Position numbers and translations under genes: made by a program. Source: an uncultured Verrucomicrobiota bacterium (GTDB lineage: Bacteria; Verrucomicrobiota; Kiritimatiellia; CAIVKH01). Taken from it: a stretch of DNA of 64,000 nucleotides. Location of the stretch: NCBI GenBank assembly GCA_964503335.1, contig CAZCZZ010000008.1, positions 8,911-72,910 on the forward strand. Direction: 5' to 3'. Below the pieces are notes generated by a model. It did no database searches, was not told the DNA's origin, and saw only the letters and a list, made by a program, of their open reading frames with translations. The stretch's first letter is position 1, and each line of letters starts with the position of its first letter. Shown here one piece after another: positions 18,998 through 28,300 of the stretch.

Positions 18998-19729
18998 GTG
19001 ACCACGATCATGGCCACGCTGCTATGGAAGAAGCGCGGGACTTCCGGCGACTCGCCGGGAGCCCGCGAGGCTTTCACCCTTATCGAACTCCTGGTCGTCA
19101 TCACGATCATCGGCATGCTTGCCGCTCTCATCGGCCCTGCGATCGCCCGCGGGCTGACTGCCGCCCGCGCTACGCAGTGTTCCGGCAACCTGCGGCAGCT
19201 TGCCATCGCCGTCGGCCTCTACGCCGATGATGCCAACGACTTCTTTCCGCGGAGCCAGCACTCAGCCTTTTCGCACAGGGACATTCCGTGGGAGCGATCG
19301 ATCGCTCCGTACCTGGGATCATCCACGACAAGCTGGCGGGACTTGCTGCAGGGCGTCTACGTGTGCCCGTCCGATTCGCGGGCACAGACCATGGGATATG
19401 GGCTCAACGTCTATATGGAGCTGGGCCCGGACGACGACTACGAAGGCAAGCCGGACACCTGGCGGCGACGCATGGACATACCCATGCCGGAGAGCACGAT
19501 CCTCTTTGCAGAGAACGCAAGCGCGGCGGACCACATCATGCCGAACTTCTGGACCTCGCCGCGCGATGCCGAGGATGTGGATGCCGGGCGACATGGCGGA
19601 GAGGCGAACTATGCGTTTGTCGACGGACATGTTACGCTCTTCGAGTTTTCGAATACGTTTTCTTCCGCCGTCGACCGCTGGAATCCGGGCAAGAATTACA
19701 TGTTGAACCAGAAACAGGATGCTCCATGA
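18998..19729 (+). CDS. Prepilin-type N-terminal cleavage/methylation domain protein with H-X9-DG motif (PVC 'DUF1559'-like)
   Basis: Class III signal FTLIELLVVITIIGMLAALIGPAI; C-terminal RHGGEANYAFVDGHV = H-X9-DG. GTG start listed; ATG alternative at 19010. Confidence 0.85.
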   Translation: MTTIMATLLWKKRGTSGDSPGAREAFTLIELLVVITIIGMLAALIGPAIARGLTAARATQCSGNLRQLAIAVGLYADDANDFFPRSQHSAFSHRDIPWERSIAPYLGSSTTSWRDLLQGVYVCPSDSRAQTMGYGLNVYMELGPDDDYEGKPDTWRRRMDIPMPESTILFAENASAADHIMPNFWTSPRDAEDVDAGRHGGEANYAFVDGHVTLFEFSNTFSSAVDRWNPGKNYMLNQKQDAP

Positions 19730-21225
19730 AAACCACTACACTGACGCAAGAATCCATGATCGCGACAGACCAGGACTGGAAATCCATACCGGTCGCGTCG
19801 TTTCTCACAAACACATCGCCAGGGCATATGGCCAAGTGGCACCTCCTGCTGGCCTTGTTTTTCGGGGCGGTCGCCGTCATCGCCGCCGCGGCCCTTCGCG
19901 TTGAGCTGCTATCGCCAGCGCTTAACGCCATGCAGCCGCGCACGTTCGGGGCGCTACTGACGTTGCACGGGACGCTGCTCGTCTACTTCGTGGCCTTTCC
20001 CGCGTTTCCGGGAATCCTGGGTCACGCGATGTTGTCTGCCGTGCCCGGCTACCGGAGCGCATTCCCCAGGCTGGCGCCGCTGTCGTGGCAGCTTCTGGCG
20101 CTAGGCGGCGCGATCGTTCTCTCCGGATTCGTGATGGGTGGATCCGAAGTCGGGTGGAGTTTCGATGCGGCATTTAATGGTCGTTTTGACCAGCCCGGAG
20201 TCATCTCCATGGCGGGCGGAGTGCTCATCGCGGCCATTGCCATCGTGATCCTCGCCGTGGAGGCGATCGTTTCAGGCGTGATGATGCTCCGCGAACCGCA
20301 GCGGACCTCCCGATCACTCCCTCTCGTGCTCTCATCCCTTTGTGGGGCATGCATCATGGTCTTTGCAGCTCCGATCCTTGCCACGTGCATGGTTTCCATC
20401 CTGGCGGACGCCGTGTGGGGTCTTTCGCTCTTTCAGGTCGATGCGGGGGGTGATCCGCTCCTTTTCCTCGCGTTCATGCGTGCATTCCTTGTGCTGGTCC
20501 CGGGAGCCCTGCTGATCCAGGCCTTCGGCGTCGCCTTTGATGTGATCATCCAGCGCTGCCAGGTGCGCGAGCTGCCGCGCCTGCTGCTTCCCCTGATGGC
20601 GGTCATGACCTTGCTCACGCTGTCGGGTCCGTTCTGGGGCGGCTACTTCCTCCGGGATGCTGCAGCTTCGTCGCCTTCGACCATGGCCGGCATGAGCGCG
20701 CCATACCTCATTCTCAGTATCCTGATGCTGATCCAGCTTCAGCGCGTCATGCGAAGCGGGTTGAAGAAGGTCGACGCGCCGCTGATCTATGCCCTGGGTT
20801 TCTTTGTCACCCTGATCGAAGGGCTGGGGGCTGGCATGCTCCTGTCGCTCGCCTATGGAGGCGATTATCTCAATGGCACATTGTTCGTGACGGCACAAAT
20901 GCACCTTGTCGTGCTTGCCGTCCTCGGCATGGGTTTCATCGCCGGCTTGTATGCATGCTGGCAGCGTCTCACAGGCCGCGTGGCTTTGGACTTCCCCTCA
21001 AGGCTCGGAGCCCTGCTCGTTATCGGCGGGACGCAGCTTACCTTTGTTCCGATGATGGCCCTGGGCTTCCGGGGTGCATCCTTCCGGGCCAACGCCTATC
21101 CCGGCGAGTTCCAGATCCTGCAGGTGATGATCACAGCCGGTTCGACGATCTTGATCGCGGGCCTCGCGATCGCCGCGTTGACCCTGCTCGTATCGAGGAA
21201 GTCTTCCCGGTTGGCGGCTACTTGA
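19726..21225 (+). CDS. Heme-copper oxidase subunit I-like 12-TM protein lacking the binuclear-centre His ligands
   Basis: Start MKTTTLTQ overlaps upstream stop (ATGA). Blocks alignable to COX1: LLTLHGTLLVYFVAFPAFPG…SAFPRLAPLSWQL vs TAHAFVMIFFMVMP…MAFPRMNNMSFWL; FQVDAGGDPLLF vs FFDPAGGGDPILY. The GHPEV and HH motifs are absent; AQMHLVV replaces AHFHYVL. Confidence 0.6.
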   Translation: MKTTTLTQESMIATDQDWKSIPVASFLTNTSPGHMAKWHLLLALFFGAVAVIAAAALRVELLSPALNAMQPRTFGALLTLHGTLLVYFVAFPAFPGILGHAMLSAVPGYRSAFPRLAPLSWQLLALGGAIVLSGFVMGGSEVGWSFDAAFNGRFDQPGVISMAGGVLIAAIAIVILAVEAIVSGVMMLREPQRTSRSLPLVLSSLCGACIMVFAAPILATCMVSILADAVWGLSLFQVDAGGDPLLFLAFMRAFLVLVPGALLIQAFGVAFDVIIQRCQVRELPRLLLPLMAVMTLLTLSGPFWGGYFLRDAAASSPSTMAGMSAPYLILSILMLIQLQRVMRSGLKKVDAPLIYALGFFVTLIEGLGAGMLLSLAYGGDYLNGTLFVTAQMHLVVLAVLGMGFIAGLYACWQRLTGRVALDFPSRLGALLVIGGTQLTFVPMMALGFRGASFRANAYPGEFQILQVMITAGSTILIAGLAIAALTLLVSRKSSRLAAT

Positions 21226-24200
21226 CTGTAACGCTGTAGTCGGCGTGGTTGTTGTTGTCCCAAGACGCTACACCCGCATCGTCGGTCAGCTCCACGGCGT
21301 ACTTGATGACCGTGCCTGCGGAATGGCTGCCGAGGCTTGCGCTCCACACGTCGTTGTTGCCGCTCACGCCGGTCCTTGTCATGGCCGTTGGTTTCCAGGT
21401 CGTTCCGCCATCTGCGCTGTACACCATGGCAGCCTTTGCGGCGCCGCCCTGTGGCCAGGTTTCGACGGATACCAGCATTTCCTCGTCGGCGCTGACATCC
21501 GACGCCGCGCCGTGGTCAACGCGAAGGCAGAAGAAGGCCTTTTCGCCGCCGCTCACCGTGCGGGTCGTGGAGTTGGATGACGCAGCAAACTGATCCACGG
21601 CAGTCCATGCCATCAGGTTCGAGCTCATGCAGACTGAATAGGTCACACCGTTCTTCAGGGTCTCCAGCGACAGGGACACCCGGTTGTCTGCCTGTTGAAC
21701 CGCACTGCGAACGCCGGGTCGCTTGGTGCTGAAGTTCCGTGTGCTGCCATACCATTTCAGCGACGAGATGCGCTCATTCACGACGGCCGTGAAGTTGCTG
21801 CCGCCGTTGTTGGACCAGACTTCGATGCCGTCGGCATCGGCAACGTTCAGGGCATACTTCACGGTGGTCTTCGCCGCAAACTTGCCCAGCTTGACGTTCC
21901 AAAGGTCACCTTGCGTATTCGTACCGTTGCGCGACAGGGTTGCGGCCTTCCACGTAGCACCGTTGTCGGTGGTGTACACCACCGCTCCCGTAACGCCCGC
22001 CTTGAGCGGCCGCGACTCGATGTTCAGCCAGAGGTCCTCGTCAGAGTCGATTTCACCATTGGGCGGCCAGTGATACGTGTTCCCCGCAAAGCTCACGGGC
22101 GTGATGTTGGAATTGACCTTCACACTGAAGTTGCTCCCGCCGTTGTTGGCCCAGACATCGCCGTTGTCGCCGGAGAGTTTCAGCGCGAATTTCACGGTCT
22201 TGGAACTCCCGAACGTTCCAAGGTTTGCGTTCCAGGCATCGTTCTGTCCCTTCTTGCCGTTAGGGGCGAGTGCCTTGTTGGTCCACGTTGTGCCGCCGTC
22301 CGCGGAGAATACAACCTCGCCTTCCACGGCGGCGCCTTGCGGATACGACTCGATATCGACCCAGAGATCCTCGCCCACATCCAGTTGTCCCGCCGCGGGG
22401 AAGTGCGCCGTGTTGCCGACCCACGCGAGGATTTTCCCGGTCTTGCCGCAGCCCTTGATGTCCACGACCCAGTTCATATTGCCGTTGTTATCGTATGTGG
22501 GCGCGGGCGTCTTCTCGTCGTGGAACCAGAACGTCACGTCGTTCGTGGCGTTCGTGATGCTGTAGGAGAACTGCCACGTGTCGCCGTTCTTCGTCATGGC
22601 GCGGTCGATGATGTCCTTGTTGCCGTCGCGACCGATGCCGATATGGATCTGGCCGACGGCGTTGGAGAGCGGGCCACGGCCCGGTTTGTAGTTGATGAAG
22701 AACTGCGTCTTCGAGCAGGACGTTTCGACGACGGACTTCGCGCCGCCCGCGATGAAAATCTTCACGCCCTTGCTGCCGACGCTGACCGACAGCTTGCCGC
22801 CTGAGACGGTGGCGCTTTCCTGCGGGTCGAGCATGTTGACGTACTTCGTGCCGTCGGGTTTGCCGACTGAAGGCGTGCAGGATTTCTGGGACCAGTCGGT
22901 GTTCAGCACGACGAGCGCTTCCTCGCCGTTGAGGGCGCGCGTATAGGCGTACAGGCCTTTGCCGTCTTCCTGCCAGCGGGTGTTGAAGTCACCGCGCGTC
23001 AGGCAGGGATGAGCCGTGCGAAGTTCATTCAACTTCTTGATGAAGGCGTAGAGATCGCTCTGCTTGAAATTGTCGCCCCACGCGTTGCCGGGCTGGTACC
23101 CGTAATCGAACATGCACTCGCGCTGGTAGTCGCCGTCCTCGGACCCGTTGTTGCGCTTCCAACCCTGGTTGAAGCCCTGCTCCGTGCCGTAGTAGAGGCA
23201 AGGCACCGGCGTCGCCGTGTAGAGGTAGGCGAGGGCGGCTTTCAGCTTGGTATTCCACGAATCTCCGCATTCCAGCGCGATGCGGTCCACATCGTGGTTG
23301 TCCATGAAGCTGACGAGGTTGTTCTGCCCTGCGCCGTACACGCCGATGTTTCCGCGGCGCTCGCTCAGCTTCTTCGTGCCCTGCTCGTAGGCGAAGACTT
23401 CCTTGATGGTGAGTTGCATCGGGAAGTAGAGCGCGGAGTTCATGCCGTAGCCGGACTTGCAGTGCTCGGCGACGTTGTTGTCGTTGTAGTCGAAGTTCTC
23501 GCCGAAGAGGATGAAGTTGTTCTTTCCGAGCGACGCCGCGTGTTTGCGCATCGCATCGGCCCACGGCTGGAGGAAGGCATCCTTCTCCACGTGCTTGATC
23601 GCATCGACACGGAATCCGTCGCAGTCCGTGGCATCGATCAGGTTCTTGAACGCGGCGGTGAGGTGGTCGCGGACGAAGGGATCTTCCGTCTTCAGGTCAT
23701 CGGTGCCGACGAACTGTCCGTTGAGCGCCTGCCAGTAGTCGCCGTAGTTCACGATCTTGCCGTTGTTGTGGAAGTACTTGAGGTCGTTGAGCGGCCACGC
23801 GTGCTTCTTGTCGCTCCACCATCGCAGGTCGCCTCCACCGAAGGCGTGGTAGTAGCCATCCTTGCCGTCGCCGAGTCCGTTTAGGTCGGCCATGTGGTTG
23901 ATGACGACGTCGAGGATGATGTACATGCCGCGCCCGTGCGCATCGTCGATCAGGTTCTTCAGTTCCTGAAAGGTTCCGAACATCGGTTCGACGCGGTAGA
24001 AGTCGGACGGGTGATACGCGTGGTAGGGGGCGTAGCGTTTGTCGGATCCCTGTTCGTTGATCTGCACACCGGAGATCCAGACGGCCTTGACGCCCATGCC
24101 CTGCAGGTAGTCGAGCTTGTCCTGCACGCCCTTCCAGTCCCCGCCCATCGCATAGTGTCGGTAGCTGTCGGTCGTGTACCAACCGCGGACGTTGTTGTTG

Positions 24201-24394
24201 AGCTTGTTGCCGTCGTTAAAGCGGTCGGTGAACAGCTGGTACATGTTCACATCGCGCCAGTCAGCCGGGCTGGGAAAGTAGGAGTACCCGGCGTTCCCGG
24301 TCTTGCGCGACGAGAGGAAGAAGTCGTCGGCTGCATCGACGGGGGAAGTCGTGAAGAGAATTGTGGAGACGGCCGCCCACCGGAGGAATTGCAT
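21218..24394 (-). CDS. Secreted GH13 alpha-amylase with 3-4 C-terminal CBM25-like modules
   Basis: Signal peptide MQFLRWAAVSTILFTTSPVDA; GH13 regions ILDVVINH, GFRVDAIKHV, FGENFD, FMDNHD; repeated C-terminal ~100-aa modules ending (N)NGGSNF(S/T)V. Confidence 0.85.
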   Translation of the reverse strand: MQFLRWAAVSTILFTTSPVDAADDFFLSSRKTGNAGYSYFPSPADWRDVNMYQLFTDRFNDGNKLNNNVRGWYTTDSYRHYAMGGDWKGVQDKLDYLQGMGVKAVWISGVQINEQGSDKRYAPYHAYHPSDFYRVEPMFGTFQELKNLIDDAHGRGMYIILDVVINHMADLNGLGDGKDGYYHAFGGGDLRWWSDKKHAWPLNDLKYFHNNGKIVNYGDYWQALNGQFVGTDDLKTEDPFVRDHLTAAFKNLIDATDCDGFRVDAIKHVEKDAFLQPWADAMRKHAASLGKNNFILFGENFDYNDNNVAEHCKSGYGMNSALYFPMQLTIKEVFAYEQGTKKLSERRGNIGVYGAGQNNLVSFMDNHDVDRIALECGDSWNTKLKAALAYLYTATPVPCLYYGTEQGFNQGWKRNNGSEDGDYQRECMFDYGYQPGNAWGDNFKQSDLYAFIKKLNELRTAHPCLTRGDFNTRWQEDGKGLYAYTRALNGEEALVVLNTDWSQKSCTPSVGKPDGTKYVNMLDPQESATVSGGKLSVSVGSKGVKIFIAGGAKSVVETSCSKTQFFINYKPGRGPLSNAVGQIHIGIGRDGNKDIIDRAMTKNGDTWQFSYSITNATNDVTFWFHDEKTPAPTYDNNGNMNWVVDIKGCGKTGKILAWVGNTAHFPAAGQLDVGEDLWVDIESYPQGAAVEGEVVFSADGGTTWTNKALAPNGKKGQNDAWNANLGTFGSSKTVKFALKLSGDNGDVWANNGGSNFSVKVNSNITPVSFAGNTYHWPPNGEIDSDEDLWLNIESRPLKAGVTGAVVYTTDNGATWKAATLSRNGTNTQGDLWNVKLGKFAAKTTVKYALNVADADGIEVWSNNGGSNFTAVVNERISSLKWYGSTRNFSTKRPGVRSAVQQADNRVSLSLETLKNGVTYSVCMSSNLMAWTAVDQFAASSNSTTRTVSGGEKAFFCLRVDHGAASDVSADEEMLVSVETWPQGGAAKAAMVYSADGGTTWKPTAMTRTGVSGNNDVWSASLGSHSAGTVIKYAVELTDDAGVASWDNNNHADYSVTVK

Positions 24395-24507
24395 CGATTT
24401 CACGTTCTTGCCCTTTCCATTCACCCGACTTCCTTCCCCCGGCAGCCCGTCGGTCCCTTAACGAGATACCCGGTAAAACGCTTTTGTTAAGACTTTGTAC
24501 CGGTTTA

Positions 24508-25254
24508 ATGCGGCCAGAGCTTGACCCCTTGTTCGTCGAGCCCTTACAAGCGGCAACGATGTGGAAATTCATCCAGCGGCTGCTCGCCTTCTTCGGCCTT
24601 ATCCTTCTCACGGCACTGGCCCTTTGCTTCACGCACTATCCCTGGCGTGCGTATCGTTGGCTGGGGACAGACGCCGCGGTGATGCCCGAGGAGCCGGACG
24701 TGATCGTGATGCTCGGTGGAGGCGGCATCCCGAGCGAGTCGGGCCTGATGCGCAGTTACATGGTTTCGGAAGCGGCCCGCCAGTATTCGAATGCCCTGGT
24801 CGCTGTGGCGATGCCCGACACCAACGACATCTCGTCCGTGCGCCTGAAGGATGAGTTGATCCTGCGCGGCATCAAGGCCGAGCGGATTGTCTGGGAGGAC
24901 CGTGGACGCAACACGCGCGAGCAGGCCTTGCGATTGCGTGACATGCTCTATGCAGACGGTGCCGACCCGATCGTTCTCCTTGTCACATCGCCAGCTCACT
25001 TGAAGCGATCCATGCTGACTTTTCGAAAGGCGGGTTTCACACAGATCTTCGCGGTGACCGAGTTCGGCGTCTCGATCAAGACGGATCTCGAGTACGACGA
25101 TCAGGACCTGGGCTCAAACCCGATCGTCCCCATGCCCGACATCGGCAGCAACGTCATTCTCCGCTACCACTTCTGGAACAACCTGGGCTTGGAAGCCCGT
25201 CTCGTTCACGAATGGGCGGCACTCGTCTACTACCGCCTCATGGGCTGGATCTAG
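24508..25254 (+). CDS. DUF218 (YdcF/SanA/ElyC-like) domain protein
   Basis: N-terminal TM then VIVMLGGGGIPSESGLMRSY and LLVTSPAHLKRS motifs typical of DUF218; start 24508 or 24559. Confidence 0.65.
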   Translation: MRPELDPLFVEPLQAATMWKFIQRLLAFFGLILLTALALCFTHYPWRAYRWLGTDAAVMPEEPDVIVMLGGGGIPSESGLMRSYMVSEAARQYSNALVAVAMPDTNDISSVRLKDELILRGIKAERIVWEDRGRNTREQALRLRDMLYADGADPIVLLVTSPAHLKRSMLTFRKAGFTQIFAVTEFGVSIKTDLEYDDQDLGSNPIVPMPDIGSNVILRYHFWNNLGLEARLVHEWAALVYYRLMGWI

Positions 25255-25384
25255 AGCATCTTGGAATACTGTAGCCGCGACACCCTGTTGCCGCGCTCTT
25301 GGTGATACACGCCGGCGCCTTCGACTTGCTCAGGCCGGGCGAGTGTCGTGGCTACAACCCAGCTCAATTCTCTCTAGCGGCCTG

Positions 25385-28300
25385 TCACCCCCGCACGGCG
25401 TGGCGAGAGGGATCCTCTCGTAGAGCGGGGTGGAAGCAGGGGTCGTGGTGGATGTAGGCGGGCCAGCGTTTCGCAAAGACTTCGCCGTCGGTTGGGATAT
25501 CCGACCTTGGCTTCGCCTCCGGCTTCCCGCGGCTCAGCGACTCGTAGTGATAGACCTTCACGTGCGGGACGCAGACGTTCTGGTAACCCATCTCGCGCAC
25601 GCGGAGGCAGAAGTCCGTATCGTTGAATTCGACGGGCAGCTGTTCGTCGAAACCGCCGGCCTCGTCGAAGAGGGAGCGACGGACCATCATGCAGGCCGCG
25701 GTCACGGCGCTGAAGTTGCTGACGACATGGGGATAGTAGAAGTACCCCGGGTGGTCATCGGGGAGCCCCGTGAAAGCGTGGTCGGCCACTCCGCCGCTGA
25801 GGCCCATGATGACGCCGGCGTGCTGGACCTTGTGGTCCGGGTAGAGGAGTTTGACGCCGACGGCGCCCACGCTTTTCCGCTGGGCGTGCTCCACGAGGCC
25901 TTCAATCCAATCGGGCGTGATGATCTCGGTATCGTTGTTCAGGAACAGCAGGAACCCGCCATCGGTCGATGCCGCCCCGAGATTGACCAGCCGCGAAAAG
26001 TTGAACGGGCCCGTGGCCCTGACCCAGCGCAGGGGCATGCCCGCAGCCTGCGCATCGCGGAGGACCCGGAAGAACTCCGGCTCGTCGCTCATGTGGTCGA
26101 TGACGAGGATCTCGTAGTTGCGCCAGGTCGTACGCTCGCGGATGGATCTCAAGCAGGTGTCGAGCACCGCGGATTGGTTGCGCGCGGGGATGATGATGCT
26201 GACCTTGCGCGGCTCGCGAATCTGGTAGCGGATCCGGTAGTAGCCGGGGTGCAGCATCGTGACCACGCCGGGTTCGGCGCGCCGGACGAGCGCTTCCTCG
26301 ATCGCTTTGCGGGCCGCGTCGTAAGCATAAGGCTTCGCGTAACAGTCGTCCGCCACGGATCCCGCGACAACGCGCCAGTGATAGAGCAACCGGGGCACAT
26401 GCAGGACCTTCGAGGTGCGCTCGGTGGCGCGGAGGATAAGGTCGTAGTCCTGGCTGCCTTCGAAGCCTGCGCGAAAGCCGCCGATTTCGCGGAAGAGGGT
26501 AGTCTTTATCACCACGGGGTGGCCAAGATAGTTACGGGAGAGAAGATTGTCCGGACACCAGTCCGGCTTGAGATGCGGATCGTGATGCCACCCGTCGGCA
26601 TTGATCTTGTCCTCGTCGGCGTAAAGGATGTCCGCCTCCGGTTGACGGTTAATCGCTGCCGCCATCTCAAAAAGCGCGGTGTCGGCGATCATGTCATCGT
26701 GGTCCATGAAGAACAGGTAGTCGCCCGTGGCAAGGGCCGCGGCGGAGTTTGAGCATGCGACGATGTGGCCGTTGGACTTTCGGAATGTGACCTTGATCCG
26801 GTTGTCGGCCTTTGCGATCCGCTTCAGGAGGCGTTTCAGGCCCGGCGCAGTCGATCGGTCGTCCGCGATGCACAGCTCCCAATCCGGGTAGCCCTGCCGC
26901 CGCACGGACTCTATCGCATCCATCAGCACGGCCGGAGGCGTGTTGTAGACCGGCATGACGATGCTGAAGAGAGGCCGGATCGCAAGGGAGTTCACGCCCG
27001 GGTCAGGGGAAGGGAGCAGCGCGTGGTCGATCACATCCGCGGATTGCGCCTCCATCCACAAGTACAGGCGCTTGAAGCCCAGCGTCAGGAAGCGCCTTAC
27101 GCCGAGCTGCACGTGTCGCCACGCCGATGGGGCACGGGTCGCAGGCTTGTCCGTCCTCCGGGCCATCAGTCCCGCCAGCACCGTGCGCGTCCGCCATACC
27201 AGGGTGTCCTCGATGCGGGCAATGTGCGCGCGAAGGGACTGCACCTCTGCGGCAAGGGCGGCGACGTGGGAGTCGCGCGCCGAGACGATTTCATCCGAGC
27301 GGAGCCTGGCTTCGATCAGGTGCTGCTCCTGCGCCTGATGCTCCTGCCGGAGCCTATGCGTCGCTGCAGCCGACCGGTCCTGCATCGCCACGACATCCTT
27401 TTCGAGCGCAGGGATGCGCTGCTGCAATCCCGCCGCGATTCCTTCCTGCATGGCGAGCAGGGCGTGAAGCTCCGCCGCCACGTGTGGCGCATGCCCTGCA
27501 TAGAGGGCGGCGTGTTTGCGCGTCATGTACGCGACAAGGCGTCGCCTGTTCTCCGGGATGTTGCAGCCGGCGACCAGCGATCCGGAACGGGTCCTGTAGT
27601 GAAACAGGAAAGCGTCAAGGCGTTGTCCGGGCCAGCCAGCCGACGCCATCCTGATCCAGAGTTCCCAGTCCTCGTAGCCGAGCTGGTCCGGCATGTGCGC
27701 ATCAAAGCCGCCAACGCGCTCGAACGCAGACTTCCGTATGACAGCGCAGGTGTCGATGTAGTTGGCTGCGAGCAAGGATGGAAGGCTGAAGTCAGGCGCA
27801 GTCCTTCGGGCAAACGAATTGCCGAAGAGGCGGGGTTGTGCATAGACAAAGCCGAGTCCGGGCTGCGCATCGAGTATTTCGATGGCAGCGTCGATATAGG
27901 CCGGCTCAATCATGTTGTCCGCATCGAGTGGAAGGATGTACGGCGCTCGTGCATGGCGGACCGCTTCGTTCCTTGTCGCCGCGACGCCGCGATGCGGGTT
28001 TCTCAGGACGATATGACCGCGCGCTTCCGCCCTCGCGAGTTCGTCCAGCGTCTGCGTATCGGCGGACCCGTCGTCAGACACGATGATCTCATAGTCCCTG
28101 AACAGCCTTCGTTCCACGCTGGCCAGGGCCTCCTCGAGATACCGGCCGTCATTGTGGGTCGGGACAATAATCGAGACGCGGACTTCGCCGGGCCTGGAGA
28201 CATCCGACGGCAGATCGGCGTCTTGCTGCAGTCGCTGGAGGATATCCACGGCGACGGGATCTGAACGGAAGCGATCCAGGCCGGCGAACGAGACGCGAGG

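Noticed and set aside
19288-19725. N-terminal 146 codons of ORF 19288-21225, and likewise 14222-14689 and 15315-15560.
   Set aside because: These extensions overlap the preceding genes in another frame. The protein-family alignments begin at the internal starts 19726, 14690 and 15561.
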